This document shows, piece by piece, positions 1-8,583 of a DNA stretch of 64,000 nucleotides; positions within the stretch are counted from its first letter, which is position 1, and the number at the start of each line of letters is the position of its first letter. Source of the stretch: an uncultured Gemmatimonadales bacterium (GTDB lineage Bacteria > Gemmatimonadota > Gemmatimonadetes > Gemmatimonadales > GWC2-71-9); the NCBI GenBank assembly GCA_963825065.1, contig CAWGRU010000020.1, positions 17,830-81,829 of the forward strand, in the 5' to 3' direction. A program made the translations under genes and the position numbers. The notes beneath the pieces were generated by a model, which did no database searches, was not told the origin of the DNA, and saw only the letters and a list, made by a program, of their open reading frames with translations.

Positions 1-9
1 CTCGGCGCC

Positions 10-1479
10 GTGCTGTGGGTGATCGGATCGGTCCTGTTTCGGGTCGCTCTCTGGATGCAGAGCGGGGGGGATCGGGCCGTCCTGGTGCCGACGGCGTCGG
101 ACGGGATCGTCGTCGGCAGCGTGGCCCTGTCGCTCAGCTTCTTCCTCTATGCCCGCCGGCCCGAGCGGGATCCACGGTTCGTTCTCGATCTGGGCCTGGT
201 CTACATGGTGCTTACCGCGCTGGGGCTCGGCCTGACCTGGCACTGGTCGCCGGTCGTCGGCGGCTGGTCGGTGGCGCCCACGATCACCTGGGTCGGTCCG
301 GTGATCCTGATGTTCGCCGCGATCGTGCCGAGCACGCCGGGGAAGATGATGGTGGCGGGACTCATCGCGGCCTCGATGAATCCCATCGGGATGCTGATCG
401 CGCGGGCGCGGGGAGTGTGGGAGTTCGGCCCCACGAGCAACGTGTTCCTGATGCACTATCCCGACTACCTGATGGTCGGGATCGCCGTGGTGATCTCCCG
501 CGTCGTGACCCGGCTGGGCGAGGAAGTCACCCGGGCGCGCGAACTGGGGAGCTATCAGCTCGGCGAGCTGCTGGGTCGCGGCGGCATGGGGGAGGTGTAC
601 CGGGCTACCCATCGGATGCTGGCCCGCCCGGCAGCGATCAAGTTGATCCGGCCCGAGATGCTGGGTGTGGCCGATGCCGGCGCCGCGCAACTGGCCGTCG
701 CCCGATTCCGGCGGGAGGCGCTGGCCGCGGCGAGCCTGCGGTCGCCCCATACGGTCGAGTTGTACGACTTCGGAGTCACGGAGGACCAGACGCTCTACTT
801 CGTGATGGAGCTGCTCGACGGGATGGACCTCGAGTCGCTGGTGCGGCGGACCGGTGCCGTTCCCGCGGCGCGCGTGATCCACATCCTGGGTCAGGTCTGC
901 GAATCGCTGGAGGAAGCACACGCGGCGGGCCTGGTCCACCGGGACATCAAGCCCGCCAACATCCACATCGGGCGACTGGGGCTGCGTCACGACTTCGTGA
1001 AGGTGCTGGACTTCGGGCTGGTCAAGTCGCTGGCCGACGAGACCACCGAGACGTCACTCGCCACCGGGGCCGGGCTCACGCCCGGGACGCCAGCCTACAT
1101 GGCCCCCGAGCTGGCGCTGGGCGAGGCGTTCGATGGGCGCGCGGATCTCTACGCACTGGGCTGTGTCGGCTACTTTCTGCTGACCGGCCGGGTCGTCTTC
1201 GAGGCGGCCAACGGCATGCAGATGATCGCGAAGCACGTCCGGGAGATTCCAGTCCCTCCATCGCAACGGACGGAAATGCCGGTACCAGCGCCACTGGAGC
1301 GGCTGCTGCTCTCCTGTCTCGCCAAGAAGCCGGAGGAGCGTCCCGCGAACGCCGCGGCGCTGGCCCGTTCGCTGGCCGCTGTCGGGGCGGAGTCCTGGAA
1401 CGAGGAGCAGGCGCGTCGCTGGTGGGATGTCCACGCCCCGCGACCGTCGAAACCATCACAAGGGGTAGCGGTGGCGTGA
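10..1479 (+). CDS. Membrane-bound Hanks-type Ser/Thr protein kinase (multi-TM N-terminus; probably 5'-truncated by window edge)
   Basis: GRGGMGEVY, AAIK, HRDIKPAN, DFG, GTPAYMAPE motifs after several hydrophobic helices; frame is open to the window start. Confidence 0.93.
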   Translation: MLWVIGSVLFRVALWMQSGGDRAVLVPTASDGIVVGSVALSLSFFLYARRPERDPRFVLDLGLVYMVLTALGLGLTWHWSPVVGGWSVAPTITWVGPVILMFAAIVPSTPGKMMVAGLIAASMNPIGMLIARARGVWEFGPTSNVFLMHYPDYLMVGIAVVISRVVTRLGEEVTRARELGSYQLGELLGRGGMGEVYRATHRMLARPAAIKLIRPEMLGVADAGAAQLAVARFRREALAAASLRSPHTVELYDFGVTEDQTLYFVMELLDGMDLESLVRRTGAVPAARVIHILGQVCESLEEAHAAGLVHRDIKPANIHIGRLGLRHDFVKVLDFGLVKSLADETTETSLATGAGLTPGTPAYMAPELALGEAFDGRADLYALGCVGYFLLTGRVVFEAANGMQMIAKHVREIPVPPSQRTEMPVPAPLERLLLSCLAKKPEERPANAAALARSLAAVGAESWNEEQARRWWDVHAPRPSKPSQGVAVA

Positions 1480-1535
1480 TGAACGTACAGATTGATCGTT
1501 GTTCCTAGGAATCCTCCGCCCGGCCGGGACAACCG

Positions 1536-3212
1536 ATGGCCACTCTACGTCGACTGCACCGCAGGACTGCCACGCCGGTTCAGGCTTCCCCGATTTCCGG
1601 GAGTTCTGGATCGGGGCAGAGCCTGCCCAGCGACGTGATCCACCAGACCTGCAAGCGGGTCTGGGTGCTCGGGCTCATCGCGACCGGCCTCTGGACACTT
1701 GCGCTGGTCGCCAACTCCATCGTCGCCCGGTTGATGGGCCACCCGGCCGTCATCGAGGAGCTGTGGCCGTACCCGGGCGTCCCCATCTCCGGCGTCGGAC
1801 TCGTCATTTCACTGGTGCTGGTCGCGGTGGCGGGTCCACTCAGCAGGCGGCCGCAGCTGCTGCTGGACTTGAGCGCCGGCTTCCTGGTCCTGACCTGCCT
1901 GCTGGTAGCGCTCCTGTCCCAGTGGGTGCCACCGCCGATCACGCCGCGGGTGTCCTGGCTCTGTGTGCTCATCCTGGCCTATCCGGCAATCGTCCCAACC
2001 TCGCCGGCACGGACCCTCTGGGTGTCGCTGCTCGCCGCGTCGACCGAGCCGGTTGCGCTGTGGGTCACCCACCTGCGGGGCGCGGTCTCCGACTACAGCG
2101 CGATGTACTACGTCTGGGCTTTCGTGCCCACCTATCTCAGTGCCATCATCGCCGTCGTGCCGTCCAGGATCATCCGCCAGCTTGGCCGCCAGGTGAGTCG
2201 GGCGCGGGAACTCGGGAGCTACCGGCTCGAGGAGGTGCTCGGGAAGGGAGGAATGGGTGAAGTCTACCGGGCCTCGCACCAGATGCTGGCGCGTCCCGCG
2301 GCGGTGAAGCTCATTCGGCCCGAGGTGCTCGACAGCAGTTCGCCCGATCACGCGCGGGTGATTCTCGAACGGTTCCGGCGGGAGGCGGAGGCCGCCGCCT
2401 CGCTCCGGTCGCCGCACACCATCAGTCTGTACGACTTCGGGGCGGCGCAGGACGGGACGTTCTTCCTGGTCATGGAGCTGCTCGACGGGCTCGATCTGCA
2501 ATCGCTCGTGGAGCGGTTCGGCCCGCAACCCGCCGACCGGACCGCCTACCTGCTGATCCAGGTGTGCCACTCGCTGGCGGAGGCCCACTGTCGAGGGCTC
2601 ATTCACCGCGACATCAAGCCTTCCAACATCTTCACCTGCCGCATGGGGCTCGCGGTCGACTTCGTGAAAGTGCTCGACTTCGGCCTGGTGAAGGCGCTTG
2701 GCGACCTGGAGCGCGATCAGCCGCTCCTCACCGCGCCGGATGCCACCGCCGGCACCCCTGCCTACATCGCGCCCGAGATGGTCCGCGGGGATTCGACGAT
2801 CGATCATCGGGTCGATATCTACGCCCTGGGATGCGTGGCGTACTGGCTGCTCACCGGCCGGCTGGTGTTCGAAGCACCCAACGCGCTCCAGATGCTGTTC
2901 CAGCACGCCCAGAAGACGCCGATTCCGCCATCGCAGCGGATCGAGCTGGAGATTCCTCCCGCCATGGATGCCCTCGTGATGGCCTGTCTGGCCAAGCGCC
3001 CCGAGGATCGCCCCGCTAGCGCAGCCGAGCTGGCTCGCCGGCTTCGCGCGATCGCGGACAACGACGGCTGGACGGAGGAACGCGCCCTGCGCTGGTGGGA
3101 GCGGCACCGGCCCGAATCGGTTCGCGCGACTCCGACCACCTGCGAACTCACGCTCACCAAGGCGATGAGCTCGGACATGCCTCTCGTTGAATCCGAAGCG
3201 GCGGCGCCGTGA
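1536..3212 (+). CDS. Membrane-bound Hanks-type Ser/Thr protein kinase, paralog of upstream gene
   Basis: GKGGMGEVY, AAVK, HRDIKPSN, DFG, GTPAYIAPE; about 6 N-terminal TM helices; shares RARELGSY linker with upstream kinase. Confidence 0.95.
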   Translation: MATLRRLHRRTATPVQASPISGSSGSGQSLPSDVIHQTCKRVWVLGLIATGLWTLALVANSIVARLMGHPAVIEELWPYPGVPISGVGLVISLVLVAVAGPLSRRPQLLLDLSAGFLVLTCLLVALLSQWVPPPITPRVSWLCVLILAYPAIVPTSPARTLWVSLLAASTEPVALWVTHLRGAVSDYSAMYYVWAFVPTYLSAIIAVVPSRIIRQLGRQVSRARELGSYRLEEVLGKGGMGEVYRASHQMLARPAAVKLIRPEVLDSSSPDHARVILERFRREAEAAASLRSPHTISLYDFGAAQDGTFFLVMELLDGLDLQSLVERFGPQPADRTAYLLIQVCHSLAEAHCRGLIHRDIKPSNIFTCRMGLAVDFVKVLDFGLVKALGDLERDQPLLTAPDATAGTPAYIAPEMVRGDSTIDHRVDIYALGCVAYWLLTGRLVFEAPNALQMLFQHAQKTPIPPSQRIELEIPPAMDALVMACLAKRPEDRPASAAELARRLRAIADNDGWTEERALRWWERHRPESVRATPTTCELTLTKAMSSDMPLVESEAAAP

Positions 3213-4636
3213 GTCGTGGCGTGACGGGACGGTTCACCATCCTCTCGACCCTGGCCCTCGCCGGGCTCGGTGCCGGAACGGCGACGGCTCAGATCGGGCG
3301 TCCCCCGGCCGATCTCAACGCCCTCAGCCGCTCGCTCGAGGCGGTCGTCCAGACAGTCGGGCCGACGGTGGTGCAGATCCGGGTCACCGCCTACGGTCCG
3401 GTGGAGGGGGGTGCTACCGGCGCCGCCGCCCTGCTCGGTACCCAGCGGAGCACCGGTTCCGGGGTCATTCTGAGCGCCGATGGCTACATCGTAACCAACG
3501 CGCACGTGGTGCAGGGCGGCCGGCGCTTCGTCGCAGTGCTGCCCCGGCCCGCGGCAGCGGATGCGCCGGGCCGCTCGGCGCTTGCGCCGGTCTCGCAGGA
3601 GGTCCCGGCCAAGCTGGTCGGCATCGACGGGGAGACCGATCTCGCCGTGCTGAAAGTCGCGCTGACCGGGCTCCCCTTCGCCACGATCGGGGACTCCGAT
3701 TCGCTACGGGCCGGCCAGGTGGTGCTCGCTTTCGGCAGTCCGTTCGGCCTGGCCAGCAGCGTGACCATGGGTGTGATCAGCGCCCTGGGCCGACAACTGA
3801 GGGAAGAAGACCGGATGGTCTACATCCAGACCGACACGCCCATCAATCCCGGCAACAGCGGGGGGCCGCTGGTCAGCGCCGACGGCGCGGTGGTCGGCAT
3901 CAACACCCTGATCTTCAGTCAGTCGGGGGGCAGCGAGGGAATCGGGTTCGCGGCGCCCGGCAACATCGTGCGCTTCGTCTATGACCAGATCAGGGCCCAG
4001 GGGCGGGTACGGCGGGGGACGATCGGGGTCTTCGCCCAGACGATCACGCCCGCGCTGGCGGAGGGACTGCACCTGCCCCGGGGGTGGGGCGTGGTCCTCG
4101 GTGACGTCTATCCCGGCGGCCCCGCCGCCAAGTCGGGGCTGCGGGTCGGCGATGTGGTCGCGGCGGTCGACGGCAAGGCGCTCGAGAACGGACGGCAGTT
4201 CGACGTGACGCTCTACCGCCGGCCGATCGGCTCGAGCGTCAGCCTCGAGGTGCTGCGCGGACCGCAGCGACTCATCGTCCGGGTCCCGGTCCTCGAACGG
4301 CAGGACGACTCCAACCGGCTCCAGGACATGGTGACGCCGGAGCAGAATCTGCTGCCGCGGCTCGGCATCCTCGGGCTGGAGCTCACTCCCGAGCTCGCCG
4401 CGGCGATTCCTGGTGTGCGCGACCCGCATGGCGTGGTGGTGGCGGGGGTCGCCGCGGATGCGTCGCTCCCCGCGGGACTCGCGCCGGGGGACATCATCTA
4501 CGGCGCGGACGGAACCCGGACGCCGACGCTGGCCGAGCTGCGGAATGCGGTCGGCCAGGTCGCCGCTGGCGGGACGACGGTGCTCCAGGTGGGACGCGGG
4601 GGACAACTGCGGTTCGTCACGGTGGTGCTCGAATGA
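3209..4636 (+). CDS. HtrA/DegP-family periplasmic serine protease with two PDZ domains
   Basis: Signal peptide; TGSGVI, VTNAHVV, TDLAVLKV, INPGNSGGPL; PDZ-like C-terminus; GTGA overlap with upstream kinase. Confidence 0.95.
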   Translation: MSRGVTGRFTILSTLALAGLGAGTATAQIGRPPADLNALSRSLEAVVQTVGPTVVQIRVTAYGPVEGGATGAAALLGTQRSTGSGVILSADGYIVTNAHVVQGGRRFVAVLPRPAAADAPGRSALAPVSQEVPAKLVGIDGETDLAVLKVALTGLPFATIGDSDSLRAGQVVLAFGSPFGLASSVTMGVISALGRQLREEDRMVYIQTDTPINPGNSGGPLVSADGAVVGINTLIFSQSGGSEGIGFAAPGNIVRFVYDQIRAQGRVRRGTIGVFAQTITPALAEGLHLPRGWGVVLGDVYPGGPAAKSGLRVGDVVAAVDGKALENGRQFDVTLYRRPIGSSVSLEVLRGPQRLIVRVPVLERQDDSNRLQDMVTPEQNLLPRLGILGLELTPELAAAIPGVRDPHGVVVAGVAADASLPAGLAPGDIIYGADGTRTPTLAELRNAVGQVAAGGTTVLQVGRGGQLRFVTVVLE

Positions 4637-6039
4637 CCGCGGCAGCAGTGGAGCGGCGAGGTCCGGTGGACCGGGCCCTCAGCATCTTCACCGAGGTGCA
4701 CGGCGGTGAGGGCACGACGGCCCTGCTGCTCGCCGGCAACGTGTTTCTGCTGCTCACCGCCTACTACATCATTAAGCCGGTGCGTGAGGCGCTGATTCTC
4801 TCGGGCGAGGGCGCCGAGGTGAAGTCGTATGTGTCTGCGGGACAGGCGCTGCTGCTGCTTGCCCTGGTGCCGGCGTACGGCGCCCTCGCCGACCGGCTGC
4901 CCCGCCGGCGGCTGCTGAACGCGGTGACCGGATTCTTCGTGGCCTGCCTGGTGGGATTCTACCTCGCCACCCGCGCCGGGCTGCCGGTCGGCGTGATCTA
5001 CTTTCTCTGGGTCGGCATCTTCAACCTGATGATTGTTGCGCAGTTCTGGTCCTTCGCCAACGACCTGTACACCAAGGACCAGGGGGAGCGCCTCTTTCCC
5101 ATCGTGGCGTTCGGCGCCTCGCTCGGCGCCGTCATGGGCAGCGCGATCACGGGGCGGCTGCTTCCGCTGCTGGGCGTACCCCAGATGCTGCTCGTGGCCG
5201 CGGCGCTCCTCGCGGTCGCGACCTTTCTCGGCAATCTGGTGGATGCGCGCGAGCGGGCCCGCTGCGAGGCGGGCATCCCGTCGCGTTTCACGACCGAGAA
5301 GCTCCCCGCGGCGACCGGAGAATACCTGATTCAAGGCGGGACGGAGAATGAGAAGCTGACTGTCTCCTTCTCCGGAACCGCCACCAGGCACGGCACCTTT
5401 CGACTGGTGTACCAGGAGCGGTACCTGCTGCTCATCGCGTTGCTCATCCTGGTACTCAACTGGGTCAACACGACGGGCGAGTACGTCCTCGGCCGCACCG
5501 TCGCCCGTGCGGCGGAGGCGGCGGTCGCTGCCGGCACTGCCGACGGCCTGTCGGTGGCGGAGTACATCGGGCGCTTCTACTCCGAGTTCTTCTTCGGGGT
5601 AAATCTCGCGGGGCTGGTACTGCAGCTCTTCGTCGTCTCCCGATTGCTCCGGTATTTCGGGGTGCGCACCGCGGTGCTGGTGCTGCCGCTGATCGCCCTG
5701 GCCGGCTACGCGGCGCTCGCCTTCCTGCCGATTCTCGCGGTGGTGCGGTGGGTGAAGACCGCCGAGAACGCCACTGACTACTCGCTGCAGAACACCGTCC
5801 GCAACGTCCTCTTCCTGCCCACCAGCCGGGAACAGAAGTACAAGGCCAAGCAGGCGATCGACTCGTTCTTCGTCCGGGCGGGTGACGTGCTGTCGGCGCT
5901 GCTCATCTACGTCGGGACCACACGCTTCGGCCTGGAGGCGACTGGATTCGCCCGGGTGAACCTCCTGCTGGCGCTCGTCTGGGTCATCCTCGCGGTGCTG
6001 GTGGGGCGCGGGTACGTGCGGAAAGCGGCCGGCCTGTGA
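4633..6039 (+). CDS. NTT/TLC (Npt1/Npt2-like) nucleotide transporter
   Basis: About 12 TM; YYIIKPVREAL, FWSFANDLY..RLFPI, TDYSLQNT..LFLP..KYKAKQAID match ATP/ADP translocase family motifs. Confidence 0.85.
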   Translation: MTAAAVERRGPVDRALSIFTEVHGGEGTTALLLAGNVFLLLTAYYIIKPVREALILSGEGAEVKSYVSAGQALLLLALVPAYGALADRLPRRRLLNAVTGFFVACLVGFYLATRAGLPVGVIYFLWVGIFNLMIVAQFWSFANDLYTKDQGERLFPIVAFGASLGAVMGSAITGRLLPLLGVPQMLLVAAALLAVATFLGNLVDARERARCEAGIPSRFTTEKLPAATGEYLIQGGTENEKLTVSFSGTATRHGTFRLVYQERYLLLIALLILVLNWVNTTGEYVLGRTVARAAEAAVAAGTADGLSVAEYIGRFYSEFFFGVNLAGLVLQLFVVSRLLRYFGVRTAVLVLPLIALAGYAALAFLPILAVVRWVKTAENATDYSLQNTVRNVLFLPTSREQKYKAKQAIDSFFVRAGDVLSALLIYVGTTRFGLEATGFARVNLLLALVWVILAVLVGRGYVRKAAGL

Positions 6040-8579
6040 GGGCCGCGCTCGCGCTGCTCCTGCTGGCGGGACCGCTCGCCGCCCAGGCCGTGCCCGCCGG
6101 ACGCGAACCCGCTCAGACCAGCGTGGTGCGGGCGCCAGGCGCGCACTACGGCGCGAGCGGGCTGCACCGCTTCGTGCTGGGCACCGACTATCGGGCGCTG
6201 TGGACCACGCCGGTCAGCGTCGAGGTGCTCGACCTGGGATCGGCGGAAGGCGGGCTCGTGCCGCTGGGACGCACCGGCGGACAGCAGTCGAAGACGCTCA
6301 AGCTGGGCAATCCCAGCGGCCAGCAGTTCTTCTTCCGCTCGATCGACAAGGACCCCACCAAGGCGCTGCCCGAAGAGCTTCGCGGTACCGTCGCGGGCTG
6401 GGTGGTCCAGGACCAGATCAGCTCGGCCAATCCGCTGGCACCGCTGGTGGTCTCGCGGCTGCTCGCGGCGACGAGCATCCTCCACAACGCGCCCCGGCTC
6501 TACGTCCTGCCTGACGATGCCCGGCTGGGCGAGTTCCGCGCCGACTTCGGCGGACTGATGGGGTTCCTCGAGGAACGGGTCGGGGGCAGCGGGCTCGCGG
6601 CCCATTGGCAGGGCGCCGTCGAGATCATCGACAGCGACACCCTGTTCGCGCGGGTGGACCGCGATGCCGACGACCGGGTGGACGCCCGGGCCTTTCTGCT
6701 GGCGCGGCTCTTCGACGTTTACATCGGTGACTGGGACCGCCACCGCGACCAGTGGCGCTGGGCCCGGATGGACGATGCGCTTCCCCGCCGCTGGCTGCCC
6801 ATCCCGATCGATCGCGACCAGGCATTCGTCCGGTTCGACGGGGTCGCGCTGTCGATCGCGCGGCAGACCCTGCCGAAGCTGGTGAAGTTCGGGGCCGGCT
6901 TTTCCGACATGGCGGGCCAGACCTGGAATGGCCGGGATCTCGACCGCCGATTCCTCTCGGACCTCGAGCGCCCGGTCTGGGATTCGGTCGGTCGCTCGCT
7001 GCAGGCGGCACTCAGCGACAGCGTCATCGCCGACGCCGTCCGCGCGCTGCCGGCGGAGCACTTTGCCCTCGCCGGGCCCCGACTGGAGGCGCGGCTCAAG
7101 CATCGGCGGGATGCCCTGATGGAAGCGGTCGACCGCTACTACCACCTGCTGTCCGCGCAGGTGGACATCCATGCGACCGACGAGGCCGACGTCGCCTCGA
7201 TTGCGCGCCGCGACGATGGCGGCGTCACGGTGGGGCTGTCCCGGACCTCGGGTGCTGGAGCGGGCCGATACTTCGAACGCCGGTTCGAACCCGGACAGAC
7301 CCGCGAGGTGCGGCTCTTCCTCGGTCGGGGTGATGACACGGCGGTAGTGCGCGGGGTGGGAGGCGGGATCACGGTGAGAATCCTGGGCGACTCGGGCGCC
7401 GATCGGCTCACCGACTCCTCGAGCGGCGGGCCGAACCGCTTCTACGACGCCGACGGCCGTGATGCGCGGACAACGGGGCGCTCCACGCCGATCGATCGGC
7501 AACGCTACGTCCCGCCTCCGAGTCCTGATCCGCATGCGATCCCCCCGCGAGACTGGGGACACCGCTGGCAGCCACTCACCTGGGCGAGCTACGGACCGGA
7601 CGTGGGGCTCTTCGTCGGCGGGGGACGCACCCTGACAACCTACGGGTTCCGGAAATACCCGTTCGCCACCCGGCACCGCTTCCGCGCCGGCATCGCCACC
7701 GGGCCGTGGACCTACCGGGTGGATTACCTCGGTGAGTTCCACCGGGAGAACTCCCGCGCGAGCCTCGTCCTGTTTGCCCGCGCATCCGGCGTCGAGGTGC
7801 TCCGCTTTCACGGCTTCGGCAACGAGACCTCGGCTGCCGGGAGTGATGCCTTCTATCGCGTGACCCAGGATCAGTTCTCCCTCGAGCTGGCGCTGCTCCT
7901 GCCGGTGGGAGGGCGGCTGACGCTGCTGGCGGGACCGACCCTGAAATACGCCTCCACCGATCGCCGGGCCGACCGTTTCCTCGCAACCGTCAATCCGTAC
8001 GGCGCGGGCAACTTCGGCGAGGTCGGGGCGCGCGCCGCGTTGCGGCTGGACACCCGCAACCGGCGGAACGCCGCGAGCCGGGGTGTGATGCTGGAGCTGG
8101 GCGGCTCGATTCACCCCGCGTGGTGGGACGTTCAGGAGACGTTCGGTGAAGCCCACGCGGAGGCGGCGGTGTACCTCAGCCCGCCTGCGCCGCTGGATCC
8201 TACCCTCGCGCTCCGCGCCGGGGGAAAGAAACTGTGGGGAGCCTATCCCTACTTCGACGCCGCCTTCATCGGCGGCCCGGCGACGATTCGCCTCGGCCGG
8301 GAGAATCGGTACGCCGGTGATGCCTCGGCCTACGGCTCCGCGGAGCTTCGCCTGGCGCTGGTGCGCGCCCGGCTGGTGCTCCCCGCCGAGCTCGGGATCT
8401 TCGGCCTGGCGGATGCCGGCCGGGTGTACTTCGCCGGAGAATCCTCGAGCAGGTGGCACACCGCCTTCGGCGGAGGGATCTGGGTCGCGTTCCTCAATCG
8501 CTCCAACACCTTCTCTGCCGCCGTCGCCGCGAGCGACGAGCGCACCCGCGTCTACCTGCAGGCCGGTTTTGCCTTCTGA
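6036..8579 (+). CDS. Outer-membrane protein: N-terminal atypical kinase-like domain plus C-terminal Omp85 (BamA/TamA)-type beta-barrel
   Basis: Signal peptide MRAALALLLLAGPLAAQ; GGQQSK, FDVYIGDWDRHRDQW, PIPIDRDQAF; amphipathic beta-strands, RLDTRN, C-terminal AGFAF. Confidence 0.75.
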   Translation: MRAALALLLLAGPLAAQAVPAGREPAQTSVVRAPGAHYGASGLHRFVLGTDYRALWTTPVSVEVLDLGSAEGGLVPLGRTGGQQSKTLKLGNPSGQQFFFRSIDKDPTKALPEELRGTVAGWVVQDQISSANPLAPLVVSRLLAATSILHNAPRLYVLPDDARLGEFRADFGGLMGFLEERVGGSGLAAHWQGAVEIIDSDTLFARVDRDADDRVDARAFLLARLFDVYIGDWDRHRDQWRWARMDDALPRRWLPIPIDRDQAFVRFDGVALSIARQTLPKLVKFGAGFSDMAGQTWNGRDLDRRFLSDLERPVWDSVGRSLQAALSDSVIADAVRALPAEHFALAGPRLEARLKHRRDALMEAVDRYYHLLSAQVDIHATDEADVASIARRDDGGVTVGLSRTSGAGAGRYFERRFEPGQTREVRLFLGRGDDTAVVRGVGGGITVRILGDSGADRLTDSSSGGPNRFYDADGRDARTTGRSTPIDRQRYVPPPSPDPHAIPPRDWGHRWQPLTWASYGPDVGLFVGGGRTLTTYGFRKYPFATRHRFRAGIATGPWTYRVDYLGEFHRENSRASLVLFARASGVEVLRFHGFGNETSAAGSDAFYRVTQDQFSLELALLLPVGGRLTLLAGPTLKYASTDRRADRFLATVNPYGAGNFGEVGARAALRLDTRNRRNAASRGVMLELGGSIHPAWWDVQETFGEAHAEAAVYLSPPAPLDPTLALRAGGKKLWGAYPYFDAAFIGGPATIRLGRENRYAGDASAYGSAELRLALVRARLVLPAELGIFGLADAGRVYFAGESSSRWHTAFGGGIWVAFLNRSNTFSAAVAASDERTRVYLQAGFAF

Positions 8580-8583
8580 GGAC

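Noticed and set aside
4633-6039. Evidence for an intracellular energy parasite
   Set aside because: Window shows intact purine, lysine, Moco and quinone biosynthesis and a regulator-rich GC-rich genome
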